Source: Octopus vulgaris
Taxonomy: Eukaryota
DNA: 64,000 bases
Direction of reading: 5' to 3'
Assembly (NCBI GenBank): GCA_951406725.2
Contig: OX597826.1
Span: 38,688,001-38,752,000, forward strand
Under the pieces are notes generated by a model that saw nothing but the letters and a program-made list of their open reading frames with translations, searched no databases and was not told where the DNA came from. Both the position numbers and the translations under genes were made by a program. Shown here piece by piece: positions 11,870 through 24,232 of the stretch; the first letter of the stretch is position 1; every line of letters starts with the position of its first letter.

Positions 11870-13912
11870 CACACTGAAGAAGATAGCCGGCTGTGTTTAG
11901 CCAGAAGAAGCTGCTGCAAGGAGAGTCCTTGCTACATGAAGTCACGTCTTTCATGAAATATTGAACTTTGAGGCTTGACTACAGGTAGGTGTTTGTTGTA
12001 TTTTTTTGAGGGCTTAGTGGAGTTTGTTACCCTGTATTGAATATTTTTTGGTGAGCAACAGTCTCCACTCTGCTCCAGACATTTGCGTGCCTGTGGTCAT
12101 GTATAAAGGCTCACTTTGTAATGAGAATTGTGTTCATGAGGAGGCGTAGCTTCTGAAATTGTCTTTGTGTTTTCTAATGGATTTACCACGGAGTACCAAG
12201 GCAGGAAGGATTAATTGTGCTGTGACTGGAGTACCCTGTTTCATTGTGGATTACTAGAGTTACAGAATTGTGTTGCCGTTGATTGAACTGTCTGCCTTTG
12301 TTCTTTTTCTCTGCTCTGTCTTTCTGTTCTTTTTTTTGTGTTTATTACTGGACTTTTATTTAGAACTTTGAACTTTTTGGTTGAACTCTTTTTCTTTTTT
12401 TGTGTGTTTTAAAATAATGGCAACAAAAAAAACCCACTGTGTTGGAGTGGGAAATTGTGCCCCCCAAGCAGTGGATAGAGGACCGAAATGAGAGAATGGT
12501 GGTGTTAAGGACGTACTCGAAGTCCCTTGAGACCATCACTGTATTCTCGCAGGTTGAGATTGAAAAAGAGTTGGGAGAATACCTGCCAACTATCAAGTAT
12601 ATTGCAAGGGGTGTCAAATTCGCAACAGTGTGGTTGCTGTTTGACACCCCTAAAGAGGCTATCATGTTCGCTAGTCAGCCCGTGGAAGGGGAAAAGATTT
12701 TGTTCCTCCCCACATATCGTGGGAGGAAATTGAAAAGAGCCTGGGTGAGTGGGCTGCCACCCGGAATAGAGCCTGAGTGGCTGGAGGATACTATCTGCCA
12801 GGGTTTGGGTGGCAGCGGAACCAGGCTCTTGAATGTTAGAATGCTTCCTGTGGCTGATTGGGTGGGGTCGAAAGCAACTTTGACCCTATGGACTCAATCA
12901 GCCAAAGATCTGGTCTTCCCAGATTTTCTAAAGATGGCTAGTTCTAGGTATCTGGTGACTTTTGAGGGATGCCCCCCACCCACAAATGTCACCTATGCCT
13001 AGAATCGGGCCACATCAAGAAGAATTGCCCCAACAACCATGCAAGGGCACTGGCAAAACTAATAGAGAAGGATGTTTTTCCTCCAATAGAGCCTCCTGAG
13101 TATATAAAAGAGGGAGATGTAGAAAAAGTCAAGGAGGAGGTAACCCCCTTGAAAGGAAAAAAGAGAAGGTGGACAATGGTTGGCCACTGATAGATCCCAA
13201 GGTGGTGGGAGGGAAGGAGGGATCTATGGACAAGCCAGAGGAACCTCACCCTCCCAACGTGAAAAAGGGGAAAAAAAAGAAAAGAAACAAAAAGGGGCAT
13301 CGCTGGCAGTTGCTGGTGCACCGGTGGCATGTTCCGAAAGCCCTTCGGTGGAACATGAGCCACTGGAGTGGGGGGGAGAAGAAGGCCCCTCCCAGTAGAA
13401 ATGTTGAAGAACATGTGATCTATCTCAGGGGAGGGGCTGTAGAGAACTATATAGAAAGTTCTTGTGATAGTCGGGACCTAATAGACTCGACTTGTATTCC
13501 AGAGTGGCCTCTGCAGGTGGCTGCTCGTGTACTGGAAGAAAGGAACCTCTATCACATAATAGACTCCTTCTCAAAGGAAGAGTATAGACCATATGTAAAG
13601 GACCCCAACTTACGGTTGCTGGAATGCCTGCAGGAAGCAAGAAAATTTATTAAAGACTCATTGATGTAATTGTTTTTAATTGTAATGGACATCTTAGTCC
13701 ATAAAAGTGTTATAGAATTGTAAGAGGCTTAATACCTCATTTAGTATTTTTAAAAAAACAATGTTTTAGAGAAGCAAAAGTCGGTGGGGACTTTTCGTCT
13801 TCTCCCATTCTTATCATCCTTCTATCATTATCATTCACCTCATTAATGTCCTTGTCTAGCCCGCAAGCTACCTTACTCTATGTACTGCCTTTATGGCAAA
13901 TTTGATAAAATA
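11870..13912 (+). mobile_element. ORF1-only Tx1/L1-clade retroelement (half-LINE-like)
   Basis: 15-bp TSD aagtagcttgcttac (11855-11869 and 13913-13927), ~550-bp 5' UTR, single ORF1-like frame, A-rich 3' end, no EN/RT. Confidence 0.8.
12417..13669 (+). pseudogene. ORF1p-like protein with CX2CX4HX4C zinc knuckle (~417 aa if three homopolymer frameshifts are corrected)
   Basis: MATKKPTVLEW...YLVTFEGCPPTHK-CHLCLESGHIKKNC..., with a basic KKGKKKKRNKK tract; joins ORFs 12439, 12969 and 13169. Confidence 0.75.
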
Positions 13913-14699
13913 AAGTAGCTTGCTTACGAACCACATGATTCTGGGTTCAGATCTACTGCGTGGCACCTTGGGCAAGCGTCTTCTACTATAGCCTCGGGCC
14001 GACCAAAGCCTTGTGAGTGGATTTGGGTAAACGGAAACTCAAAGAAGCCAGTCATTCATATATATATATATATATATGTATGTGTGTCTGTGTTTGTACC
14101 CCACCATCGCTTGACAATCTATGTTGGTGTGTTTACGTCCACATAACTTAGCAGTTCGGCAAAAGAGACCACCAGAATCAGTATTAGGCTTACAAAGAAT
14201 AAGTCCTGGGGTCAATTTGTTTGACCAAAAGCAGTTCTCCAGCATGGCAGCAGTCAAATGACTGAAACAAATAAAAGTATAAAAGAATATATACATCAGT
14301 GGTGACTCCAGCTCTCGGGCTGTTCAGGCTTAGCCCAAGTATGAATTTAGTAAAGTGAACATGTATTTGCAAGCTTATTTGATTTCTGCCAAAACTCACT
14401 TCAAGTATGTAATTGCAGCCAATAACTTGCGTTTTACTTCAACGTCTGGTGGTCATCTTACAAGTGCCCTGCGTCAAAACATATCATTATATGGCAGATG
14501 TTCTTTTGACATCATTCACATGTGCCTGACTCGGGCTCAGAAGTTACAGCCTAAGCTGTTACCTATAATCGTAAAAAATAAAAGTAATTCAAATTCAATG
14601 TTTTCTAGAAACATTAAATTTCTATAAAGATTAGGATTTAAATTCAAATCTATGAAAAATTTCCATTCTACAAACGAAACGAAAAATCATCCAGCAACT

Positions 14700-15180
14700 C
14701 ATACTAATACAAACTTGCCTGGTAGGTGTAAAAGACTAACTGTGTTGGGGACATGGCAAGCCAACAGTTATTCTGTGAGTTATCATCTGATCCTGGTAGA
14801 AATGTTTCTCATCTGAGAAACACCAAGGCATGTTCATTTGGAGATATTTGAGTTTGTTCAAAAGCTTCATAGCGTGATCTTTCTTCTTGTCCTTCATAAC
14901 TTGGGACAGAAAATTGGCCCTTTCTCATCTTGTATGAGGAATACGAAATGTCTTCATGCACTACCTGCCTGATAAGAAACTCAGACACACCCATGTCTCT
15001 AGCAACGGACCTGATTGACTTGGAGGGATTGTTGTGAATCATGGTCTGGATCTCACCAACAAATTCAGAAGTTCTTTTCTTATCAGAACGATCAGAGAGA
15101 GTTTTCCAAGCTATGACTAGTAACCGAGACATTTGGAAATATGCTGTGCTTGAGAAGACCTGGCAAGCCAAATGAAACCA
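14700..15180 (-). mobile_element. Tc1/mariner (DD37D-like) transposase remnant
   Basis: NPSKSIRSVARDMGVSEFLIRQVVHED HTH region, then FSDEK.F.QD...NSQN. Confidence 0.75.
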
Positions 15181-15196
15181 TAATTTTGTGGCCTAT

Positions 15197-15706
15197 GCCA
15201 GGGGTGTAACCAGCCCACCTATGCGTACTTTCTCTTCATTGGACACTGCTTGCGAAGACCTGTTGAGGCAAGTGAAATTGAAATCAGATTCGATGACTGG
15301 CATCTGTGTAAGTGGAGCACTAAGAGCACCATCCAAGCATGATCGTTTCCAGAGCAGCTAACTGGCACCTGTGCCAGTGACATGCAAAAAGCACCATTTG
15401 AGTGTGATCATTACCAGCGTTGCCTTATTGGCACTTGTGCCAGAGTGCAGGTGGCATGTAAAAAAAAACACAATTTGGGCATGGGCGTTGCTAGTATTGC
15501 CTGGCTGGCCCTCATGCCGGTGGCACGTAAAAACACCAACTACACTCCCGGAGTGGTTGGCGTTAGGAAGGGCATCTAGCTGTAGAAATTCTGCCAGATC
15601 AAGGTTGGAATCTGGTGCAGCCATCTGATTTGCCAGTCCTCAGTCAAATCGTCCAACCCATGCTAGCATGGAAAGCGGACGTTAAATGGTGACGATGATG
15701 ATGATA
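15197..15706 (+). mobile_element. SINE family C, long form
   Basis: Same body and (GAT)n tail as 4210-4605. Confidence 0.85.
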
Positions 15707-15708
15707 TA

Positions 15709-16000
15709 TCTATTATATAAAATCCATTCTGTCTGTCTGTGTGTGTGTGTCTTCTAGGATCTCGGGCATCCTCTATCTGAGTGCGCTCAAATTTAATGTG
15801 TAGATACCGATGGTATCAGGGCATGTATAAGTCTTGAAAAAATTACAAAAATCAATTCCAAGGGAGAATGTGATCGATAAAGCTGTGTGAGCAAGCATTT
15901 GTACACACAAGTACATCAGCTGTTGCGGTCGATACTATGCGTACGCGAGAAAAATGCACGTGCAGTTTGCGCAAAAAAAGCCGGCTGGTTTGAAATAATG
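15709..16000 (+). mobile_element. Helitron-like 5' end
   Basis: A|TCTATTATATAAAA start followed by (GTCT)n(GT)n; 3' end not located. Confidence 0.4.
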
Positions 16001-16441
16001 CCACAAAATGCTGTATATTTAAGAGACCAAACAAGATGCAAAAGAGATATTTTCTTCAAACTTGGCATGAAGGAAGGAAAGACTATTTGGTTTCTCAAGA
16101 AGTTTTTTCTTTTGCCTTAACTTCGTTTAACAAAACCAAAAAAATGTTATTGAAATAAAGGCATGCTTAATTATTTTTTAATGAAAAGAAAACACTGATT
16201 GCTTTTTATTCAGCAGATATGATTCAGCACCGTCCACTGGACGGGGGGGGGGGGGGGAGGGGTTGATCGTATATATATATATACAGAGAGACAGAGGGAG
16301 GGGGAGAGAAAGGGAAGGAGAAGTAAACAGAGTAGGAGGAGTCGCTGAAGAGGTCACAGGTGTTTCCAGAGAATGGACGTAAGATAAAGTAAGAACAATA
16401 ATAAACGATAGTGCGTGTGTTTAAGTGGCAAGAAAAAAAGA

Positions 16442-16832
16442 CGATCTTTCGTTTTAACTCGAAATAATGTAAACATTGAATCGGTCATTTCCATGACCAC
16501 ATGTTGTCTTGTCATTTGGGAAGGGAAAGCTAATGGGTTGTGCATGCTTGTTCTTCTGCGTGTATGTGTGTGTGCACGTGCGTGTATGTGCGTGCTTGTT
16601 CTTCCATGTATGTGTGTGTGTGTGAGTTTTATTTTTGTATTTATATGTTGTGGAATGTAGAAATAACACACAGAGGAACAAACAAGAACACACACACACA
16701 CACACAGAGGAACAAGCACGCACGCACAACCCATTAGCTTTCTCTTCTCAACTAACAATTGATATGACAACATGTGGTCACGGAAATGACCGATTCAATG
16801 TTTACATTGTTTCGAGTTAAAACGAAAGATCG
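16442..16832. repeat. Imperfect inverted repeat, ~130-bp arms
   Basis: cgatctttcgttttaactcgaaa...gctaatgggttgtgc versus gcacaacccattagc...tttcgagttaaaacgaaagatcg. Confidence 0.9.
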
Positions 16833-16883
16833 GCGAAAAAAATGACCGTCTCAATATATATATCAAAACACACACACACACAA

Positions 16884-17599
16884 GGCGGCCAGCTGGCAGA
16901 AACGTTAGCACGCCGGGCGAAATGCATAGCCGTATTTCGTCTGCCGTTGCGTCTGAGTTCAAATTCCGCTGAGATCGACCTTGCCCTTCATCCTTTCGGG
17001 ATCAATAAATTAAGTATATAATCGACTTAATCCGTTTGTCCTCTCTGTGTTTGGCCCCTTGTGGGTAGTAAAGAAATAGGTATTTCGTCTGCCGGTGCGT
17101 TCTGAGTTCAAATTCCGCCGAGGTCGACTTTGCCTTTCATCCTTTCGGGGTCGATAAATTAAGTACTAGTTACGCACTGCGGTCGATATAATCGACTTAA
17201 TCCGTTTGTCTGTCCATGTTTGTCTCCTCTGTGTTTAGCCTCTTGTGGGTAGTAAAGAAATAGGTATTTCGTCTGCCGGTGCGTTCTGAATTCAAATTCC
17301 GCCGAGGTCGACTTTGCCTTTCATCCTTTTGGGGTCGATAAATTAAGTACCAGTTACGCACTGCGGTCGATATAATCGACTTAATCCGTTTGTCTGTCCT
17401 TGTTTGTCCCCTTGTGGGTAGTAAAGAAATAGGTATTTCGTCTGCCGGTGCGTTCTGAATTCAAATTCCGCCGAGGTCGACTTTGCCTTTCATCCTTTTG
17501 GAGTCGATAAATTAAGTACCAGTTGTGTACTGGAGTCGATCTAAGCGACAGGTCCCATCCCCTAAAATTTCGGGCCTTGTGCCTAGAACAGAAAAGAAT
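16884..17599 (+). repeat. Head-to-tail tandem array of four SINE family B units
   Basis: One full head, then units restarting at GTATTTC (16932, 17080, 17264, 17433); the last unit has a different 3' tail. Confidence 0.95.
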
Positions 17600-19384
17600 A
17601 CATCAATACACACACCACAACCAGCATCTTTCAGTTTCATCTACTAAATCTACTCATAAGGCCTTTGGGCAGTCTGGGGCTATGGTACAAGACACATGCC
17701 CAAGATGCCACACACTGGGACTGGACCAGGAGCTATATAGTTGAGAAGGTAACTTCTTGCTACACAGCCATGCTTGTACCTCTACTTCAAATATTTTGTA
17801 TTCAACAATGCGTTTGCATATATTTCTGGCTACGAGTTCTGCTAAGTTTCTCCAGATTTTTACTTTTTTTTTCTTTGGTAGTTAGTTTCCAAAATTTTCT
17901 GCTTCTTTCTTTACGTTTTACATTTGAGACGTGGAAACGGTTTGCTTATTCAGAATAATTTATGGTCTGTGAACAACAAATCTAGTTTCATGAGTCCGCT
18001 AATACTTCTGCTTAATTTTCCATAATTGCTATTTTTTCTTTCTCCCTTCGTTCCTTCTTTCTTCCTTGTTTTCTTTCAGTTCGCCTTTTTGTTTTTGGCC
18101 TTTCAGTTTATTTTCGTGGCTTTTATAATGTAAACTTCGTAAAAAAAAAAAAGAAGACAATCACACACCCGTAACAAAAATCATTCAAAGAGCATCAAGG
18201 GATAACAAAACACAAAATATGTTTAAAAAACGATCCTCACATAAGTACAAGACCACAACTTGTCCAAGATTTAAGAGAATCGAAACCAGGACCCACTGAT
18301 TGCGAAACGAACTTCTTAAACCATCCGGCCATACTACAAGTGTTAAACAAATGCTTGGGAAGGAAATTGGGAGGGACCGAAACTGTCTAGAAGTTCATCT
18401 GACGAATTGGACCCGTAATTCACGGGTGATTTCATTCGATAATTGTATTAAGGGTATGTGTGACTATGGTAATACTGTTTACTGGCTAATTTAAGGAGTG
18501 TGGTAGTCTAGCTGATCGAATTAACATTCATGGTTGAAAATTCAGACAGGACGACGGCTTTTTTTTTTTTTTTTTTTACAAGGCCACGGAAAGGGGTCAG
18601 TTGATTATATTGGTCCCAGTATTTGACATTTTATCGATCCCGGAAGGTTGTGTATACGTATGAATGTGTGGGTGTATGTACACACAAATTCGTGAGAGTC
18701 TAGGAAATTGAGATTTTGTGGTGTTCATACCTATACACCATGAGAACTTGTAAAAATAATTTAAGCATTCCCAATTTATTATACATGTGTGGGGCGCATG
18801 TTGTATGTGTACACATGTAGGTTGCTTTAAATCAATTCTAATCGAGCAGACCTAGGCGTTTCAATTGTGACCATTTGTACCACGTATGTATTTTTCAATA
18901 AAAACTCGAGCCAGTTGTGAGAGAACTGGTGTCGATATAAACGATTAAAACCTTTGAAAGCGGTACCCTAGTATGGCTGCAATCCAATGACTGAAACCAA
19001 TAAAAGTGTATCTAGGATTACATTATCAACGAGTCCTTCTGTTTAAGACAATAGGATGTGTTGTGCATAATAGTGGATTTAACTATTGTTTCAAGCAAGT
19101 CAAATGACCACGTAGTCACCCGCGTTGAGTCATTGTGAATGTTGCGAAGCTACAGGTCAATCGTAATGGAACAAACAAAAGATCAAAGGATATTCCAGGC
19201 TTGACCAACCCGTCCTTCTTTTTGGGCATCGTGCATCTAAGACTACATTATCTAACGTATCTATATTTTCAAAGACGCTAGCAGTGTAATGCGAAGATTT
19301 GACTGCTATTTCTAGCAGGTTTGTATGAAGCAAATATGTCACAGTTGTACTGTGTGTCTTTTCTAAGGTTTACATCAGACTTAC

Positions 19385-19489
19385 CTTGATTTTTCTACCT
19401 ACAGACGTATTGGGACAGAGAATGAACCATGATTTATCCAGGTAAAAACATAAGTTGGTCATCGTTGAGTCTAATGAGGTGAACAACAT
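19385..19489 (-). CDS. Candidate first coding exon (MLFTSLDSTMTNLCFYLDKSWFILCPNTSVGRKIK)
   Basis: Open frame ending at a consensus donor AAG|GTAAGT (19384-19379) in phase 0, compatible with the phase-0 exon at 864-828. Confidence 0.3.
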
Positions 19490-20226
19490 CGGACATCGAC
19501 CGCATTAACTGACCATTTCTTTCACATTATGAAAAAGACAAACTGTGTGTATCTACGTGTAAGTGTAAAGCTATGTACATGTGTGGTGATGAGTGTGATA
19601 GAGTATGTGTGTATGGGTTTCAGTATTTTGGACTAAGTGTGGTAGTAGTGTCAGTGCTTGTGAACATGTGCGTGTCAATATTTACGTCTGTGTGTGTGTG
19701 TAATTATAAGTGTGTTCGTTCACACACTCGTCGGCTGTTGACGTATTTTATCTTACGCTTTTTTTTCTTTCTTTCTTGTCCTTACCCACCAACACACACT
19801 GAAACACGAATATAGGAAAACAATAGTGATAGACAAGCCAAATGACTTGGTGAGCATAAGAAAATGTATGAGAGAAAGAGAGCGAGTGTGTGTGTGTGAC
19901 CAGATAGGGACGGACAGGACCGCTGGCAAGAGGCAACAATTACTTTCAATGAAGAAACAGGAAGGGGAAAGGAGTCGATGTAGTTTTTGGAGATTAGGGT
20001 GAACGGGTAGATACAGCAGAGTGTTAAAAATAGTAGTGGTATTGATGGGGTGGGAGAGGAGGATGTAGTGGTGTTGGTGGTTGTGTGAGCAGTGTGGAAC
20101 GAGATGTGACGAGTCATTATTGTAAGTAACATGAACAGAAGCACTTAGTTTGGGAAGGAAATAAAGAGAAAAGGAACACAACGGACAAATACAGATAGAA
20201 CAGAATTAACACTGTCCTCTTTCTAG

Positions 20227-20397
20227 GTACTCAAGACGTCGAGGATCACCACTGTCACTACTACACCATGCTATAGTCACTTCTTCATGTAGTCTCTACA
20301 AGATATGGAAACATTTTGACACCATACATACTATTACTGCACACGTGTGCGCACACTTGGCTATATCAGTGACAAACTAGAAAGCATATATTTTCAG
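20227..20397 (+). other. Candidate non-coding exon
   Basis: tcctctttctag| acceptor and CAG|gtaaca donor; stops in all three frames. Confidence 0.25.
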
Positions 20398-21439
20398 GTA
20401 ACAAAAAAAAAAAAAAAGGGTGACTAGTTAACACACACTTCTCGAATACAGTCTGTTAAAGTAAAATTGTCTTAGATTTTTCTACAGTTCAATATGCACT
20501 AGTAATCCAATTTCCAAGAATAATGTTTTGCTTCTTAGTTAGAAACCTGTTTATAGGGAAAAAATTGTAGAAATTTATAAATGACATTTACATTGGGAAA
20601 GGTGGAATTAGTTAAAACACGGGGTAATTTGAAATACTTCTTTTTGAGCAGCAAACAAAAAACCTAGTGAGGACTGTGTGGCTATCTTACAAGGGCCTCT
20701 TATACTACTTTTCAGTTATATTGGTAAAGATGTTGATACAGAATATTTTAAGTAAACAAAAATTTTCATATGTTAGAGATGTTCATGTTTCATAATTACT
20801 CAGGTCAAGAGTTAATTCATTTATTTGTTGATTGTTTGATGGAAAATAATTGGCGAAGGCAGCGAATAATTTACTTGTTCTAATTTGTGTTGTGTACACT
20901 GCATATGTTGATCTTGTTACTATTAGTTGAAACATGATAAAATGGGTTAGGTGGAACATATTTCAATTAGTTCCACTATCCTATGTACACTGGTATGTGT
21001 AGTAGCACTTAAACTCAAAAGGAGGTCACAAGTTTGGCACTGAATATACAAGTTGACTGCCTGAATATGTTCTACTTTGGATGGAAAATAAAATCACAGG
21101 CAACAGACCCTTCAAGTGCAAGGGTGGGGATCGGTAATCTGCATTCGGCAGAGAAGAAAAACTGCACTATTATGTTGAACTGGTTGATGAAATGAATGAG
21201 ATAACTAACAAAATTTTGAAAAGTGTTCCAAACAAAAACTTTGCACACCCCAAATTTACAATGCCCAGATGATACTGAAATGTTGAAAGATGCTGAATGT
21301 TGAAGACATCATTGAGGTTGATGAATGCAAAGTGTAGTGGTTTATTTTTCGCTATATGCTTCTGCAGTTGCTGTACCAGAAAGACAGCATCAATAGTACT
21401 TCTTACTATTGTAACAATTGACAGTGATGCTGTTACACC

Positions 21440-23310
21440 AGTAGCTCACATTTGGAAGACTCTCTCATTCATTATCCACAGACAGTAGCCTTTCAGAATA
21501 GTACTTCCATGCCTCTTTCTTTTCAACATTACTAAGTGCAAGTGTACTACTATCCTTTCATACACACTTATCTCACACATCTTGATTTTCTCTGATATAC
21601 TGTTTCGCAATCAGGAACATCTCATGCCATAGAACATTAGTAAACCTCTTCCTTTGCTAAATGGATGTGTCTCCTAGCTTCTCTTCTAGCCACCTGGTAT
21701 AGTTCTCTGTTACCCCATTCTACTCTTGCATCTCCGCTGTTATGGGTTTGTCTACTTCTAATTCTCACCAAGTGCTTCAATTTGAATCTCTTTATATTTT
21801 CATACCTTTCATTTCCAGTTTAGTTTGTGTCCCTACTCCTTCTTATCTTGGTACATTCTTCACCAAGAAAGGACTTTGCATTCATAAGCATCAGTATATC
21901 CTTTTTACTGTTGAGGATGCAGTTCAATCTAGCTTGTGCCTACCAGATTAATAGGCAATTAGGTGGCTGGTAAGTTTTCTTAAGTTAGTGTTGCAGATCA
22001 TTTGCAGCATAGAACTTCAGTTTTTTTCCCTTCTCATTTCTAGAATCAAAGCCATTACCTCTATGTACATCATGGAATCCATTGGAGTGCTGCTAGCATG
22101 TCTGTTAAAATTACCAGCCACGAAAATAGGGTCATTGTTGGCCGTTATCATGGTCATCTGCAGAGTGGTTCTGTTGAAACAGTTTTTCTATTCATCTGCT
22201 AGTCTAGCTTGAGAAGCATATGCTAAGACAAATGTAACTGTTGTATAATCTAAGAATAGTCATAGCTTAGCAATTCTATCATATTCTGATGACCTCAATC
22301 AATTTCTCTGCTAAAAGTATGCCTGCACCACCCACTCTGTCACTGCTACCTATCCAGATTTGTACCTTTGCTCCATGCCAATGAGAAGTCTAGTGGGGGT
22401 TCCCCTCATCTTACCTCCTGCAAATTGCACACATCTAAATGTCTCTTGCTTTAGCATTTTGAAAATCTTACCAGACAGGTTTTCCATTGGTTCAATATTG
22501 ATCATGGCAACTCTAAGGATGTGGACTTTAAAAGAGCATCCAAAGCTTACATTGGGTGAATCTTAAGGAGTTTTTACCTACACGGTTTCTACAGATTGAG
22601 CAGGGCTATCCACCTGAAGGGATTTGCAATTTGCCTTCCTTCCTATTTACTAAGACTTTGGTTTTTACTAGGTTAACTCTAAGGCCCTTTGATTCTAAAC
22701 CTTGCTTCCATACCTGGAAATTCTTCTCTAGTTCAGGTAGTGATTCAGCTATAAGAGCAAGGAGCTCCCAGGGGCAGCCTGTCTTGAATTCCTCTGTTAT
22801 TGCCTGGAGGATTATGATGAAGAAGAGGAGGCTGAGCACTGAACCATGGTGAACCCCTACTTGTACCCTGAATTCTTTGCTGTACTCATTGCCAACCCTC
22901 ACCTTACAGGTAGCATCCTTGTGCATAGCTTGTACAACTCTTACCAACCATTCATCTATCCCTAGTTTCCACATTGACCACCAGATAGGGGATTGGGGGG
23001 CCCTGTCAAAGGCTTTCTCCAAGTCAACAAAGGCCAAGTACAGAGGTTTATCTTTGCCTATGTATTTCTCCTGCAGCTGCCTCACCAGAAATATAGCATC
23101 AGTGGTGCTTCTCCCTGGCACAAAACCAAACTGCATCTCATCAAAGCTAACTCTCTCCCTATTTAGTTGGGCTATGACTCTCTCTGTAACTTTCGTCACC
23201 TGTTCCAGCAATTTGATACCTCTGTAATTATTTTTATCTAAGGCATCACCTTCACCTTTGTAGCAGTTGACTATGGTGCTGCTACACTAGTCATTGGGTA
23301 TATATAACTC
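21440..23310 (-). mobile_element. Rearranged RTE-clade LINE fragments (endonuclease and RT)
   Basis: QFGFVPGRSTTDAIF, FVDLEKAFDR, GVHHGSVLS (22606-23211); APE-like ATLNI...GAGILL (21960-22550). Confidence 0.85.
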
Positions 23311-24232
23311 CTTTGTGAACCACCTGATTTACTTGATTTATGTGGGTGTGTCTCTCTCACATACATGCACATAGAGTTATGTGCATATGCACACAAATAT
23401 ATTGTACCTATATATAGAAGATAGGAGTTGCTATGGAGAGCAAATGTGCACGTCTGTCACTGAGGTGGAGGTGAGAGGAAAGTGGGATAGAATGATCTAC
23501 AATGTGTTGTGTTTCATCATAATATGAAGTTGTACACTTAGCAAATACTATTAGATGCCACATGAGGATTAATAAAAATTAACCAGCTATTAGTCTGGTT
23601 AAAAGCAAAGAAGGCAACTGCCATTAAACTCTAGGCACAGTATCATTGTATCAACCAGACTATCAGATGTTGTTACACATTGCTGGTCACAATGTGCTTC
23701 CAATTCTTTCTTCATAGTGCCACACAAGGCCTGACATTTTAAGGGGAACTGGGTAGACTATTATATTGCTCCCACTGCTTAACTGGTACTTATTCTATCA
23801 ACCCTGGATGGATGAAAGCAAAGCCAACCTTGGCAGAATTTGAACTCAGGATGTAATTAATCAGAAGAAATGTTGCTGAGCATTTTGATTCTAATGATTC
23901 TGTCAGTCCACCACCTTGATGATGATGATGGGGGGGGGGGGGGGGTCAGAAGAAAGGCTAGAGAAAAAGAATACATCAGCACTAATAGAGTGTATCTAGA
24001 ATCTTCTGTCACATGTCCAATTCACAGACAAAACATTAAAATGTAAAGTTCTGTTCTCCCACACTCTCTTTCATGTTACTATAGTGTGATTTTGTTACCA
24101 CCTCAACATTGTTGGCTGTACTATATACACATATATATGTACATACACACATATATATTTATATTGTTATCATCATGCTCCATGCTGGCATGGGTTGGAC
24201 ATATTTATATATGTGTGTGTATGTGTAGTTGA

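Larger units (their letters stand above)
11832..14285 (+). mobile_element. SINE family A split by a 2-kb insertion
   Basis: Head at 11832-11869; body resumes at 13913. Confidence 0.9.

Noticed and set aside
16884-17599. CRISPR-like array
   Set aside because: Units are 150-185-bp SINE bodies with no unique spacers; eukaryotic context and no cas genes
18260-18340. tRNA gene on the minus strand (A and B boxes)
   Set aside because: No complete cloverleaf; it continues into CORE-like cttggacaagt, so it is an old SINE head. The same applies to the other SINE heads.
20755-21275. Protein-looking plus-strand frame (...KWVRWNIFQLVPL...LHYYVELVDEMNE...)
   Set aside because: About 8 stops in ~175 codons, near random expectation, and no recognisable motif; only a TBLASTX hit would rescue it
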